Part shown: one piece after another, positions 49,030-58,211 of the stretch | Numbering within the stretch: position 1 is the stretch's first letter | How the letters are laid out: each line of letters starts with the position of its first letter | Assembly (NCBI GenBank): GCA_963771355.1 | Contig: CAVYTA010000005.1 | Span: 320,001 to 384,000 of the forward strand | DNA from: an uncultured Candidatus Rokubacteria bacterium | GTDB taxonomy: Bacteria; Methylomirabilota; Methylomirabilia; Rokubacteriales; CSP1-6 | Direction: 5' to 3' | DNA: 64,000 nt | Notes under the pieces: model-generated | The model's input: only the letters and a program-made list of their open reading frames with translations | The model's database searches: none | Told to the model about the DNA's origin: nothing | Translations under genes and position numbers: made by a program

Positions 49030-50178
49030 ATGCGCACCGTATCGTTCCGCCTTCTTGTCCTGCTCGTGCTCGTCGCGGGCGCGACGCCCGCTCCCGGGCA
49101 GGAGGCCCTGCACCTCGTGAAGACGGGCACCTCCGCGGAGGATCTCTACCTGGCCGGCGCGCGCATCGAGTTCCGCGGCGAGGCGGACGGTGACCTCGCC
49201 GCCGCCGCGCGGAGCCTCTCCATCGAAGGCCTCGTCCGTGGTGACGTGGCGGCCGCTGCGGGCTCGGTGTTCGTGGCGGGCCGCGTGCTGGACGACGTGC
49301 GCGTGGCGGGGCAGCTGGTGGTCCTCGCCGGCGAGGTGGGCGACGGGTTCCTCGCCGCCGGCGAGGTGGTGCGGATCACCGGTCCCTCCCAGGTGGGCGG
49401 CTCCGCCTGGATTCTCGGCCGGCGGGTCGACGTGTCGGGACGGGTGCGGCGCGAGCTGCGGGTGACCGCGGTGCGGGTGCGCATCGAGGGGATCGTGGAG
49501 GGCGATGTCTATCTCGCCGCCCGGGACATCGAGATCCTCCCCGGCGCCCGCATCACGGGAAGCCTCAGCTACTGGAGCGGCCAGGAGGCGCGCATCGCGC
49601 CGGAGGCCCGGATCGCCGGCCGGGTGATCCAGCACCAGCCCCGGTTCTTCGACCGCGCCGGCCGCGTGCTCACCGTGCTCGAGCTGGTGACGCGGACGCT
49701 GGTGGTGGTGAATCTCTTCGTCAGCGGCGTGGTGCTCTTCCTCCTGTTCCCGCGCTTCACGGTGGCGGCCGCGCGCACGGCGGAGCGCCGGCCGTGGACG
49801 AGCCTCGGCACCGGCGTCGCCGTCCTCGTGCTCACGCCCCTCGCGGCGGTGTTCCTTGCCCTCACCGTCATCGCGATCCCGCTCGCGCTGGCTCTGGCCG
49901 CCCTCTACGTCCTCGCCCTCTTGCTGGGCTTCATCATCGCCGCCTTCGCTCTGGGTGATGTCGGCGCGCGCGCCTTCCGGCTCGGCGCCGCTCACGGCCG
50001 CGGGGCACGCATCGCCCGGCTGGCCCTGGCGGTGCTGGCGCTCGCTCTCGTCCGCTTCGTGCCGGTGGCGGGGCCGCTGATCCTGCTCGTCGCGCTCGCG
50101 CTGGGCGTCGGTGCCTGGACGCGGCGGCTCTACCGCGGCTATCTCGGAATTCCCGAAGAGGAAGGAGTCTTCCCATGA
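49030..50178 (+). CDS. Membrane protein with an exported bactofilin-like beta-helix and C-terminal TM bundle
   Basis: Signal peptide; ~15-aa repeats (GxVxGD-L-xAA); 5-6 C-terminal TMs. Confidence 0.7.
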   Translation: MRTVSFRLLVLLVLVAGATPAPGQEALHLVKTGTSAEDLYLAGARIEFRGEADGDLAAAARSLSIEGLVRGDVAAAAGSVFVAGRVLDDVRVAGQLVVLAGEVGDGFLAAGEVVRITGPSQVGGSAWILGRRVDVSGRVRRELRVTAVRVRIEGIVEGDVYLAARDIEILPGARITGSLSYWSGQEARIAPEARIAGRVIQHQPRFFDRAGRVLTVLELVTRTLVVVNLFVSGVVLFLLFPRFTVAAARTAERRPWTSLGTGVAVLVLTPLAAVFLALTVIAIPLALALAALYVLALLLGFIIAAFALGDVGARAFRLGAAHGRGARIARLALAVLALALVRFVPVAGPLILLVALALGVGAWTRRLYRGYLGIPEEEGVFP

Positions 50179-52154
50179 CCGTCACCGCGCTCGAGATCAC
50201 CACCCGCGCCCCCATTCTCGCCGGCCGCCCCTTCGGCGACGCCGGGCCCTACGAGAAGATCGCCGGCCGGCTGCGCTTCGAGGTCGACCCCGTCCATCCG
50301 CAGCACCGCGCGATCACCGACCTCGAGCTGGCGCCGCGGAACGGCGCGGGGCGGGTGGAGTTCAGCGCGGACTTTTATCTCCTGCAGCCCGTCCAGTCCA
50401 CGCGGGGTCGCCTGCTGGTGGACGTGCCCAACCGTGGCCGCAAGGTGGCGCTCGGCATGTTCAACAGCACGCCGCGCGCCGCCGATCCCACCACCGCGGA
50501 GGACTTCGGCAACGGCTTCCTCATGCGCTGGGGCTACACGGTGGCCTGGGTGGGCTGGCAGCCGGACGTGCCGCGCCAGGACGGGCTGATGGCGCTGGAC
50601 TCGCCGCGGGCGCGCGGGGCGGAGGGTCCCGTCACCGGCCGGCTCCGCTGCCAGTGGCGGCCGAGCGCGAAGGTGGACACCCTGCCCCTGGCCGACCGGT
50701 ATCACATCCCGTATCCCGCCGCCTCGCTCGAGGACGCGGAGGCGGAGCTGACCGTGCGCGAGCACGGAGGCGCGCCCCGCCTGCCGGTGGCGCGCGCCGC
50801 GTGGCGCTTCGCCCGCCGGGAGGCCGACGGGCGCGTGTCGCCGGACGCCTCGTATCTGCATCTCCCCGGCGGCTTCGAGCCGGGTCGGATCTACGAGTTC
50901 ATTTACCGCTCCCAGGATCCGACCCTGGTGGGCCTCGGTCTGCTGGCCGTCCGCGACGTGGGCGCCTGGCTGCGCTTCGGGTCCGCGGCGGCGGGAAATC
51001 CCAGCGCGGGGCGGCTCGACCGCGCCTATGCCTTCGGCGTCTCGCAGACCGGGCGCTTCCTCCGCCACCTCCTCTATCTGGGGCTCAACGAGGACGAGAG
51101 CGGGCGCCAGGTCTACGACGCGGTGTTCCCGCACGTGGCGGGCGGCCGGCGGGGCGAGTTCAACATGCGCTTCGGCCAGCCCTCGCTCAATGCGACCCAG
51201 AGCGTGGGCAGCCTCTTCCCGTTCACCGACTCGGAGCAGCTGGATCCGGTGACCGGGCAGCGTGACGGGCTGCTGTCGCGTCTGGCCGCCGGCGGCAAGA
51301 TGCCGAAGATCTTCACCGTGAACACCTCCGCCGAGTACTGGCGCGGGGACGCCTCGCTCGTGCACACCGACATCGAGGGCCGCGCCGACGTGGAGCCGCC
51401 CGACCATGTCCGGATCTATCTCTTCGCGGGCACCCAGCACACACCGGGGGCGCTGCCGCCGCCGGCGGCGGATCCCAATACCGGCGACCGCGGCCGCGTC
51501 CCGTTCAATACGGTGGACTACGCGCCGTTGCTCCGCGCCACCCTCGTCAACCTCGATCGCTGGGTCAGCGACGGGACCGCGCCACCGCCCAGCGCGGTGC
51601 CGCGACTGGCCGATGGCACCGCGGTGGCCGCGGAGTCGACGGCGGCCACCTTCGCGCGCATCCCGGGCGTGCGCTTCCCGGATCGCCTGAGCCGGCCCGT
51701 GCGGCTCGACTGGGGCTCCGACTGGGCGCGCGGCGTCGTCTCCAACCTGCCGCCCAAGGCGGGCCCGGCCTATGTGAGCCATGTCTCGGCGGTGGACGCC
51801 GACGGCAACGAGGTGGCGGGTATCCGGCCGCCGGAGCTGCTGGCGCCGCTGGCCACCTTCACCGGCTGGAACCTCCGGCATCCGTCCCAGGGCGCTTCCG
51901 GAGACCTCATGAGCATGATGGGCTCGACCTTCCCGCTCGCCGCCACCGCCGCCGCGCGGGAGGCGGCGGGCGATCCGCGCGCGTCCATGGCCGAGCGCTA
52001 CGGCGACCGGCCGGGTTATCTCGAGCGGGTGCGCGCGGCGGCGCAGGCGGCGGTGGAGCGGCGTCACCTGCTCGCCGAGGACATTCCCGCCATCGTGGCG
52101 CGCGCGGGCGCGCAGTGGGACCTCTTCCAGGCAGGGCTCGGGGGGGCGGAGTGA
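50175..52154 (+). CDS. Large alpha/beta-hydrolase-domain protein
   Basis: FGDAGPYE, VPNRG, VGWQPD, nucleophile elbow GVSQTG, TSAEYW, GTQH, DADGNE. Confidence 0.8.
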   Translation: MTVTALEITTRAPILAGRPFGDAGPYEKIAGRLRFEVDPVHPQHRAITDLELAPRNGAGRVEFSADFYLLQPVQSTRGRLLVDVPNRGRKVALGMFNSTPRAADPTTAEDFGNGFLMRWGYTVAWVGWQPDVPRQDGLMALDSPRARGAEGPVTGRLRCQWRPSAKVDTLPLADRYHIPYPAASLEDAEAELTVREHGGAPRLPVARAAWRFARREADGRVSPDASYLHLPGGFEPGRIYEFIYRSQDPTLVGLGLLAVRDVGAWLRFGSAAAGNPSAGRLDRAYAFGVSQTGRFLRHLLYLGLNEDESGRQVYDAVFPHVAGGRRGEFNMRFGQPSLNATQSVGSLFPFTDSEQLDPVTGQRDGLLSRLAAGGKMPKIFTVNTSAEYWRGDASLVHTDIEGRADVEPPDHVRIYLFAGTQHTPGALPPPAADPNTGDRGRVPFNTVDYAPLLRATLVNLDRWVSDGTAPPPSAVPRLADGTAVAAESTAATFARIPGVRFPDRLSRPVRLDWGSDWARGVVSNLPPKAGPAYVSHVSAVDADGNEVAGIRPPELLAPLATFTGWNLRHPSQGASGDLMSMMGSTFPLAATAAAREAAGDPRASMAERYGDRPGYLERVRAAAQAAVERRHLLAEDIPAIVARAGAQWDLFQAGLGGAE

Positions 52155-53248
52155 TGGCGCGGAAGGCACCCACCGTCGGCATCGTCGGGCTCGGCTTCGG
52201 CCGCGCCCATATCCCGGCCTTCCAGGCCAATGGGTGCGAGGTGGTGGCGGTGTGCCAGCGCGACGAGGCGACCGCGCAGAAGATCGCCGGTCGCTACGGC
52301 GTGCCCCAGACCTTCACGCGCTGGGAGGAGATGCTCGACCGGGCGCGGCCCGAGGTCGTGGTCATCGCCGCGCCGCCCGCGCTGCACAAGCCCATCGCCC
52401 TGGCCGCGTTCGAGCGGGGCGCCCACGTGCTCTGCGAGAAGCCGCTGGCGATGGACGCCGAGGAGGCGCGCGCCATGATCGAGGCCGCGGCCCGCGCCAA
52501 GCGCGTGGGGATGACGGCGTTCAACTGGCGATTCTCCGCCTCCATGCTGCGCTTTCACGACATGGTCCAGGCGGGTCATGTGGGCCGGCCCTTTCACCTG
52601 GGCGGCCGCTGGCTGGGCGCCCGCTGGGCCGACGAGTCGGCAGCCTCGACCTGGCGCATGGACCGCGCGCAGGCCGGCCATGGCGCCATGGGGGACATGG
52701 GCGTGCACCTGGTCGACCTCGTGCGCTGGAGCTTCGGCGAGTTCCGGCAGGTGGCGGCGCTGGGCCGCGTGGCCCATCCCTCGCGCACCGTGCCCGGCGG
52801 CGAGCGAGCTGCGGACGCGGAGGACTACTGCGCGGTGCTGGGCGAGCTCGCCTCCGGCGCCACCGTCACGCTCCAGGCAAGCCGCGCGGCGCGCGGCGCC
52901 AACGAGAATTCGCTGGAGGCCTACGGTGACAAGGGCGCGCTCGTCTACCGCATGAATCGCGAGGCCCCGCGGTGGTGGCACGCCGAGCTGCGCGCCACTC
53001 AGAACGGCGGCGGTCTGCAGCCGGTGAAGGTGCCGGCAGTGGTGCCGCGCTCGGCGGGCGACGGGGACGCCATGGAGTCGGTGGGCAAGGCCACCATCGC
53101 GCCCCTGGTGAAGCGGCTGCTCGCCGCCATCCGCAAGGGTGAGAGTGCGAGCCCGTCCTTCGAGGACGGCATGCGGGCGCAGGCGGTGCTGGACGCGGTG
53201 CTGGAGTCGGAGCGGCGCGGGGGCTGGGTCACCGTCGCCGGCGGCTGA
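52154..53248 (+). CDS. Gfo/Idh/MocA family oxidoreductase
   Basis: VGIVGLGFG, HVLCEKP, GAMGDMGVHLVD. Confidence 0.9.
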   Translation: MARKAPTVGIVGLGFGRAHIPAFQANGCEVVAVCQRDEATAQKIAGRYGVPQTFTRWEEMLDRARPEVVVIAAPPALHKPIALAAFERGAHVLCEKPLAMDAEEARAMIEAAARAKRVGMTAFNWRFSASMLRFHDMVQAGHVGRPFHLGGRWLGARWADESAASTWRMDRAQAGHGAMGDMGVHLVDLVRWSFGEFRQVAALGRVAHPSRTVPGGERAADAEDYCAVLGELASGATVTLQASRAARGANENSLEAYGDKGALVYRMNREAPRWWHAELRATQNGGGLQPVKVPAVVPRSAGDGDAMESVGKATIAPLVKRLLAAIRKGESASPSFEDGMRAQAVLDAVLESERRGGWVTVAGG

Positions 53249-53259
53249 GCGGCCGGAAG

Positions 53260-54645
53260 TCAGAGCTTGTTGAACCCGTTCAGCGCGGCGACCTTGTAGG
53301 CCTCGGCCAAGGTCGGGTAGTTGAAGACCGTGTCGCGGAAGTAGTCGATGGTGCCGTCCAAGGTCAGCACCGCCTGGCCGATATGGATGATCTCGGACGC
53401 GCCCTCTCCGATCACGTGGACGCCCAGCACCTTCCGCGTCAGCGGATCAAAAAGGATCTTGAGGAAGCCGATGTCGTCCCCGATGATCTGCCCGCGCGCT
53501 AGCTCGGCGTACTTCGCCATGCCGACCTCGTAAGGGATGCGCGCGCGGGTGAGCTCCTGCTCGGTCCGCCCCACCATGGAGATCTCCGGCACGCTGTAGA
53601 CGCCGTAGGGCAGCAGCTCGGGGCGGCTCACGCAGGGAAGGCCAAACATGTGGCAGGCGGCGAGCCGCCCTTGCTCCATGGAGGTCGAGGCGAGCGAGGG
53701 GAAGCCGATCACGTCACCGGCCGCGTAAATGTGCGGGACCGCGGTCTGGCCGGCGCCGTTGACGGCGATCCGTCCCCGCGAGTCGGCCTGGAGGCCCGCT
53801 GCCTCGAGGGCGAGCCCCTCGGTATTGGCCTGCCGGCCCACCGTGTAGAGGAGGGCATCCCCCTGCACGGTCTTGCCGCTTTCGAGGCGCGCCAGCACCC
53901 GGCCGCGCGCGTCGCGCTCGACGCCGATGACGGTCTCGCCGAGGCGGAAGGTCGCCCCCTGACGCCGCATGTGGTACGACAGCGCCTCGATCATCTCCTG
54001 ATCCAGGAAGTCGAGGATGGTAGGCCGCTGGTCGATCACGGTCACCGTGTGCCCCAGGGCGGTGAGCATGGACGCGTATTCCAGGCCGATAACGCCCGCG
54101 CCCACCACGATCGTCTGCTTGCCCAAGCTGTCCACGGTGAGGAGCTGGTCGGAGTCGAAGATGTGACGGCCGTCAAGCGGGATGCCCGCGCTATGCGCGG
54201 GGCGCGTGCCGCAGGCGATGAGGATCCGCTCGGCGGCCAGAGGAACCCCGCCACTGGGTGTCTCGACGACGAGGGTATGCGGATCGGCGAATCGCGCGGT
54301 GCCGTGGACGGTTTCGATGCCGTTGCGCTTGAGCTGGCTGCGGACAATCTCGGTCTCGCGGTCCAGCACGGTTCGCACCCGCGACACGAGGTCCGCCACC
54401 GAGATCCGGTCCTGCAGGGTGTAGTCGCGGCCATAGAAGGTCCGCTGACGGAAGCCCGAGAGATAGAGGATGGCTTCCCGGAGGGCCTTGCTGGGGATGG
54501 TCCCGGTATGGATGCAAACGCCCCCGATCATGTCGCGGCGGTCTACCACGGCCACACGCTTGCCGAGCTTGGCCGCGGCCACCGCCGCCTTTTGGCCGGC
54601 GGGGCCACTTCCGATCACGGCGAGGTCATAGAGGATATCGGGCAT
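53260..54645 (-). CDS. sthA: Soluble pyridine nucleotide transhydrogenase
   Basis: IGSGPAG; GGVCIHTGTIPSK (single Cys, SthA-type); IGFPSLASTSMEQG; FNYPTLAEAYKVAALNG. Confidence 0.92.
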   Translation of the reverse strand: MPDILYDLAVIGSGPAGQKAAVAAAKLGKRVAVVDRRDMIGGVCIHTGTIPSKALREAILYLSGFRQRTFYGRDYTLQDRISVADLVSRVRTVLDRETEIVRSQLKRNGIETVHGTARFADPHTLVVETPSGGVPLAAERILIACGTRPAHSAGIPLDGRHIFDSDQLLTVDSLGKQTIVVGAGVIGLEYASMLTALGHTVTVIDQRPTILDFLDQEMIEALSYHMRRQGATFRLGETVIGVERDARGRVLARLESGKTVQGDALLYTVGRQANTEGLALEAAGLQADSRGRIAVNGAGQTAVPHIYAAGDVIGFPSLASTSMEQGRLAACHMFGLPCVSRPELLPYGVYSVPEISMVGRTEQELTRARIPYEVGMAKYAELARGQIIGDDIGFLKILFDPLTRKVLGVHVIGEGASEIIHIGQAVLTLDGTIDYFRDTVFNYPTLAEAYKVAALNGFNKL

Positions 54646-54722
54646 GGGCATCTCCAAAACGTCGGGTCGCGGCGGATGTTACCAGAATCGCACCGCTTCG
54701 TTTATGAAGGGTCAAGCATCTC

Positions 54723-54751
54723 TTGACAAATCCGACCGGGAAACGTCTAAT
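54723..54751 (+). promoter_or_regulatory. Possible sigma70 promoter for the reductase leader
   Basis: TTGACA-N17-TCTAAT; the -10 lacks the conserved A. Overlaps TCAAG-N5-CTTGA inverted repeat. Confidence 0.45.
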
Positions 54752-54760
54752 ACCGTTGTC

Positions 54761-54832
54761 ATGAGCCGATCTTCCATGGAATCGTGCTGTAAGTGCTTGC
54801 GATGTAAAGCGGAGTGGCTTCTCATAGCGTAG
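54761..54832 (+). CDS. Candidate Cys-rich leader peptide MSRSSMESCCKCLRCKAEWLLIA
   Basis: Four Cys codons within 54785-54805; lies between the putative promoter and a terminator upstream of the sulfite/nitrite reductase. No obvious RBS. Confidence 0.5.
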   Translation: MSRSSMESCCKCLRCKAEWLLIA

Positions 54833-54857
54833 CTTGTGGGCTGAGGCAGATGACCAA

Positions 54858-54887
54858 GCCGGGGAGCCCGTCCCCGGCCTTTGTGTT
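54858..54887 (+). terminator. Intrinsic terminator/attenuator in the 5' leader
   Basis: GCCGGGGA-gcccg-TCCCCGGC followed by CTTTGTGTT, ending about 20 nt before the reductase RBS. Confidence 0.65.
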
Positions 54888-54920
54888 CCTGGGTAGATTC
54901 GCAAGACGAGGGAGATGACC

Positions 54921-56642
54921 ATGGCCGAGGGCAATGGGGTTGTCGTGACGCCGGTGCCGCCCAAGGAAACCAAGGCTCAGCGGGCCGAGCGGCTCAAGGG
55001 CGCGCTCAATCCATGGACGGCCTACGCGGAGATCGAGCGGTTCGCCCGCGATGGCTTCGACTCGATCCCGCCGGAGTGGCTGAATACCTATTTCCGCTGG
55101 TGGGGCCTTTACACCCAGGGCGACGGCATCGGGGCGGTGGGCGGGACCGGCGGCGAGGGCAAGGCGCTCCGCTACTTCATGCAGCGGATTCGCATCCCGA
55201 ACGGCTTCCTCACCGCGACCCAGCTCCGCGCCATCGCCGGTCTCACCGAGCGTCATGCCCGCGGCGTGGCCGACCTCACGGTGCGCCAGAACATCCAGCT
55301 CCACTGGGTGCAGGTGGAGAGCCTGCCCGAGATCGTCTCGACCCTGTCCCGCGTGGGCATCACCACGATCGGCACCTGCGGCGACGTCACCCGCAATATC
55401 ACGGGCTGCCCGGTGGCCGGGGTCGACGCCGACGAGATCGCGGACGCCTCGCCCCTGGTGGAGGCCGCCACCGCCATGCTCAACGGAGCGCCCGAGTTCT
55501 ACAATCTGCCGCGCAAGTTCAAGGTCTCCATCGCCGGCTGCCGTGTGTGGTGCTCGTACCCGGAGATCAACGACGTGGGGCTCACCGCCATCCGCCATCC
55601 CGACTCCGGCGAGACGGGCTTCTCGCTGCGCGTGGGCGGCGGGCTCTCCACCGATCCGCATCTCGCCCCGCGCCTCGACGTCTTCGTGCGCTGGGACCAG
55701 GCCCTGGCGGTGTTGAAGGCGGTGGCCGAGATCTTCCGGGACAGCGATGTCCTCCGCGAGCACCGCGAGAAGGCGCGGCTCAAGTTCCTGTTCCTCCGCC
55801 ATGGCTGGACGGCGGAGCGGTTCCGCGCCGAGATCGAGGCGCGGCTGGGCCACGACCTGGCGCCCGCCGTACCCGAGACGCCGCCGGACGACGTGTATCG
55901 TGACCACGTGGGGCTGCACCAGCAGCGGCAGCCGGGCCTGACCTATGCGGGCTTCCCCATCCTCCGCGGGCGCCTCGATCCGGACACCATGCGGGCGGCG
56001 GCGGACCTCGCCGAGCGCTTCGGCTCCGGCGCGCTCCGCACCACCCACATGCAGAACCTGGTGATCCTCGACGTGCCGCGCGAGCGGGCGGCCGCGCTCA
56101 CCGCGGAAGCAGAGGCTGCCGGACTCGCCCTGTCCGCCTCGCCGTTCCGGCGTGGCACCGTGGCCTGCACGGGCACGGAGTTCTGCAAGATCGCGCTCAC
56201 CGAGACCAAGGGCTTCGCGCGGCACCTGGTGGAGGAGCTGGAGACGCGCCTGCCGGGCTTCGACCGGCACGTGAAGATTCACGTGACAGGCTGCCCGAAT
56301 TCCTGCGGCCAGCACTGGATCGCCGACATCGGGCTCGAGGGCAAGAAGGTGAAGGGCCCGGCCGGTCTCGAAGACGCGTACTACATCTGCGTGGGCGGGG
56401 GGCTGGGCCGGCACGCCTCGGTCGCGCGCCCGGTGGGCTTCCGCGTGCCCGCGCGCGAGACGCCCGCCGCCCTGGAGCGCCTGCTGCGCGCGTACCTGGA
56501 CCTCCGCGCGCCCGGCCAGAGCTTCCGGGACTTCGCGGCCGCACGCACCGACGACGACCTGCGGGCGCTCCTTGCGGGCGGGGCGGTGGGGGCCGTCGCC
56601 CGCGACCTGCCCGTGGCCGCCACCCCTCACAATCTCGAATAG
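54921..56642 (+). CDS. Ferredoxin-dependent sulfite/nitrite reductase (siroheme, 4Fe-4S)
   Basis: LTVRQNIQLH, NLPRKFK, ACTGTEFC...TGCPNSCG; alternative ATG at 54915. Confidence 0.92.
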   Translation: MAEGNGVVVTPVPPKETKAQRAERLKGALNPWTAYAEIERFARDGFDSIPPEWLNTYFRWWGLYTQGDGIGAVGGTGGEGKALRYFMQRIRIPNGFLTATQLRAIAGLTERHARGVADLTVRQNIQLHWVQVESLPEIVSTLSRVGITTIGTCGDVTRNITGCPVAGVDADEIADASPLVEAATAMLNGAPEFYNLPRKFKVSIAGCRVWCSYPEINDVGLTAIRHPDSGETGFSLRVGGGLSTDPHLAPRLDVFVRWDQALAVLKAVAEIFRDSDVLREHREKARLKFLFLRHGWTAERFRAEIEARLGHDLAPAVPETPPDDVYRDHVGLHQQRQPGLTYAGFPILRGRLDPDTMRAAADLAERFGSGALRTTHMQNLVILDVPRERAAALTAEAEAAGLALSASPFRRGTVACTGTEFCKIALTETKGFARHLVEELETRLPGFDRHVKIHVTGCPNSCGQHWIADIGLEGKKVKGPAGLEDAYYICVGGGLGRHASVARPVGFRVPARETPAALERLLRAYLDLRAPGQSFRDFAAARTDDDLRALLAGGAVGAVARDLPVAATPHNLE

Positions 56643-56707
56643 ACCGCAGGAGACGACGATGAGCGCGAGCCTTGGCGATCTCGCCCCCTGATGTCGGAGC
56701 CGGACCG

Positions 56708-57349
56708 GTGAGCGTTCCCTATCCGATCTTTCTCGACCTCGTGGATCGCCCCTGCCTGGTAGCCGGCGGCGGCCCCGTGGCCGAGGCCAAGGTGCGCGGG
56801 CTCCTCGCCGCGGGCGCGCGCGTCACCGTGGTGAGCCCGACGCTCACGCCCGCGTTGACCGCGCTCGCGGCGGAGGGTCATCTCACGCATCAGGCCCGCG
56901 AGTACGCGCCGGGCGATCTCGCGGGCTCTGCGCTGGCCTTCGCCGCCACCGGGGATCGCGCGGTGAGCCGGGCCATCCGGGCGGAGGGCCGGGCGCGCGG
57001 CGTCTGGGTCAACGCGGCCGATGACGCCGAGCACTGCGACTTCCTCCTGCCCGCGGTCTTGCGCCGGGGGGCGCTCGCGGTGGCGGTGTCGAGCGGCGGG
57101 GCCAGCCCCGCGCTCACGCGCGCCGTGCGTGACGAGCTGGAGCGTTATTTCCCGGCCGACTTCGGCGGCTTCGTGGAGGTGGTGGCCGCGCTGCGCCGCG
57201 AGCTCCGCGAGCGGGGCGCGCCGGTCACGGCCGAGGGCTGGCGGTCCGCGCTGGAGGACGAGCTGCGCGCGTGGTCGAACGGGAGCGGGGTGGGCGACGG
57301 GGCGCTCGGCGCCGGCGCGCGCCTCCGCTCGCGGCTGGAGGGCACGTGA
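56708..57349 (+). CDS. Precorrin-2 dehydrogenase/sirohydrochlorin ferrochelatase (CysG N-terminal/SirC-like)
   Basis: YPIFLDL, LVAGGGPVAEAK, VNAADD..CDF, VSSGGASP. Confidence 0.9.
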   Translation: MSVPYPIFLDLVDRPCLVAGGGPVAEAKVRGLLAAGARVTVVSPTLTPALTALAAEGHLTHQAREYAPGDLAGSALAFAATGDRAVSRAIRAEGRARGVWVNAADDAEHCDFLLPAVLRRGALAVAVSSGGASPALTRAVRDELERYFPADFGGFVEVVAALRRELRERGAPVTAEGWRSALEDELRAWSNGSGVGDGALGAGARLRSRLEGT

Positions 57350-58209
57350 TCCGCGGGGAGCGCCCGGGGCCAGCGGAGCACGGGATGCCGGCGGAGCCAG
57401 CGAAGACAGTGGGGCGCGTGGCGCTGGTCGGCGCGGGGCCGGGTGATCCCGGCCTCATGACGGTGCGCGGACTCGCGCTGCTCCAGGCCGCCGAGGCGGT
57501 GGTCTACGATCGCCTCGTCGCGCCCGCGCTGCTCCTCGAGGCGCCACCCGCGGCGGAGCGCGTCTACGTCGGCAAGCGCCCAGGCGCCCACGAGGTGTCC
57601 CAGCCCGAGATCAACGCCATCCTGGTGGCGCTGGCGCGGCGGGGCCTCCAGGTGGTCCGGCTCAAGGGCGGCGATCCCTTCGTGTTCGGGCGGGGCGGCG
57701 AGGAGGCGGCGGCCCTGGCCGCGGCGGGGATTCCCTGCGAGGTGGTCCCCGGCGTGAGCGCGGCGCTGGCCGCCCCCGCCGCCGCCGGCATCCCGGTCAC
57801 CCACCGCGGCGTCGCCGCCTCGTTCGCGGTGATCACGGGCCACGAGGACCCTGCCAAGGGCGAGCCGACGGTGAACTGGAACGCGCTCGCCCACGCGGTG
57901 GATACGCTGGTGGTGCTCATGGGCACGGAGTCGCTGCCCGGTATCGCGCGAACCCTGATCGCGCGGGGCCGCCCCGGCGACACGCCCGTGGCGCTCATCC
58001 ATCGCGGCACGACGCCGGAGCAGGAGACCGTCGTCTCGACGCTCGATGCGCTCGCCGCGCTTTCCGGGCCCGTACCGCTCCCCCCACCCGTCACCGCGGT
58101 CATCGGCGACGTGGTGTCGCTGCGCGCCCACCTCGGCATCGCGCGTCAGGATAGTGATACCGTGTCTTTCCACCCTGATGCGCTCGTGACGCGTATCGAA
58201 AGGATGTGA
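57346..58209 (+). CDS. cobA: Uroporphyrinogen-III C-methyltransferase
   Basis: LVGAGPGDPGLMT, YDRLV, RLKGGDPFVFGRGGEE, GIPVTHR. Confidence 0.93.
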   Translation: MIRGERPGPAEHGMPAEPAKTVGRVALVGAGPGDPGLMTVRGLALLQAAEAVVYDRLVAPALLLEAPPAAERVYVGKRPGAHEVSQPEINAILVALARRGLQVVRLKGGDPFVFGRGGEEAAALAAAGIPCEVVPGVSAALAAPAAAGIPVTHRGVAASFAVITGHEDPAKGEPTVNWNALAHAVDTLVVLMGTESLPGIARTLIARGRPGDTPVALIHRGTTPEQETVVSTLDALAALSGPVPLPPPVTAVIGDVVSLRAHLGIARQDSDTVSFHPDALVTRIERM

Positions 58210-58211
58210 CC

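Noticed and set aside
54760..54900. SAM riboswitch in the reductase leader
   Set aside because: I could not find SAM-I or SAM-II core motifs by eye; an Rfam scan is still advisable.
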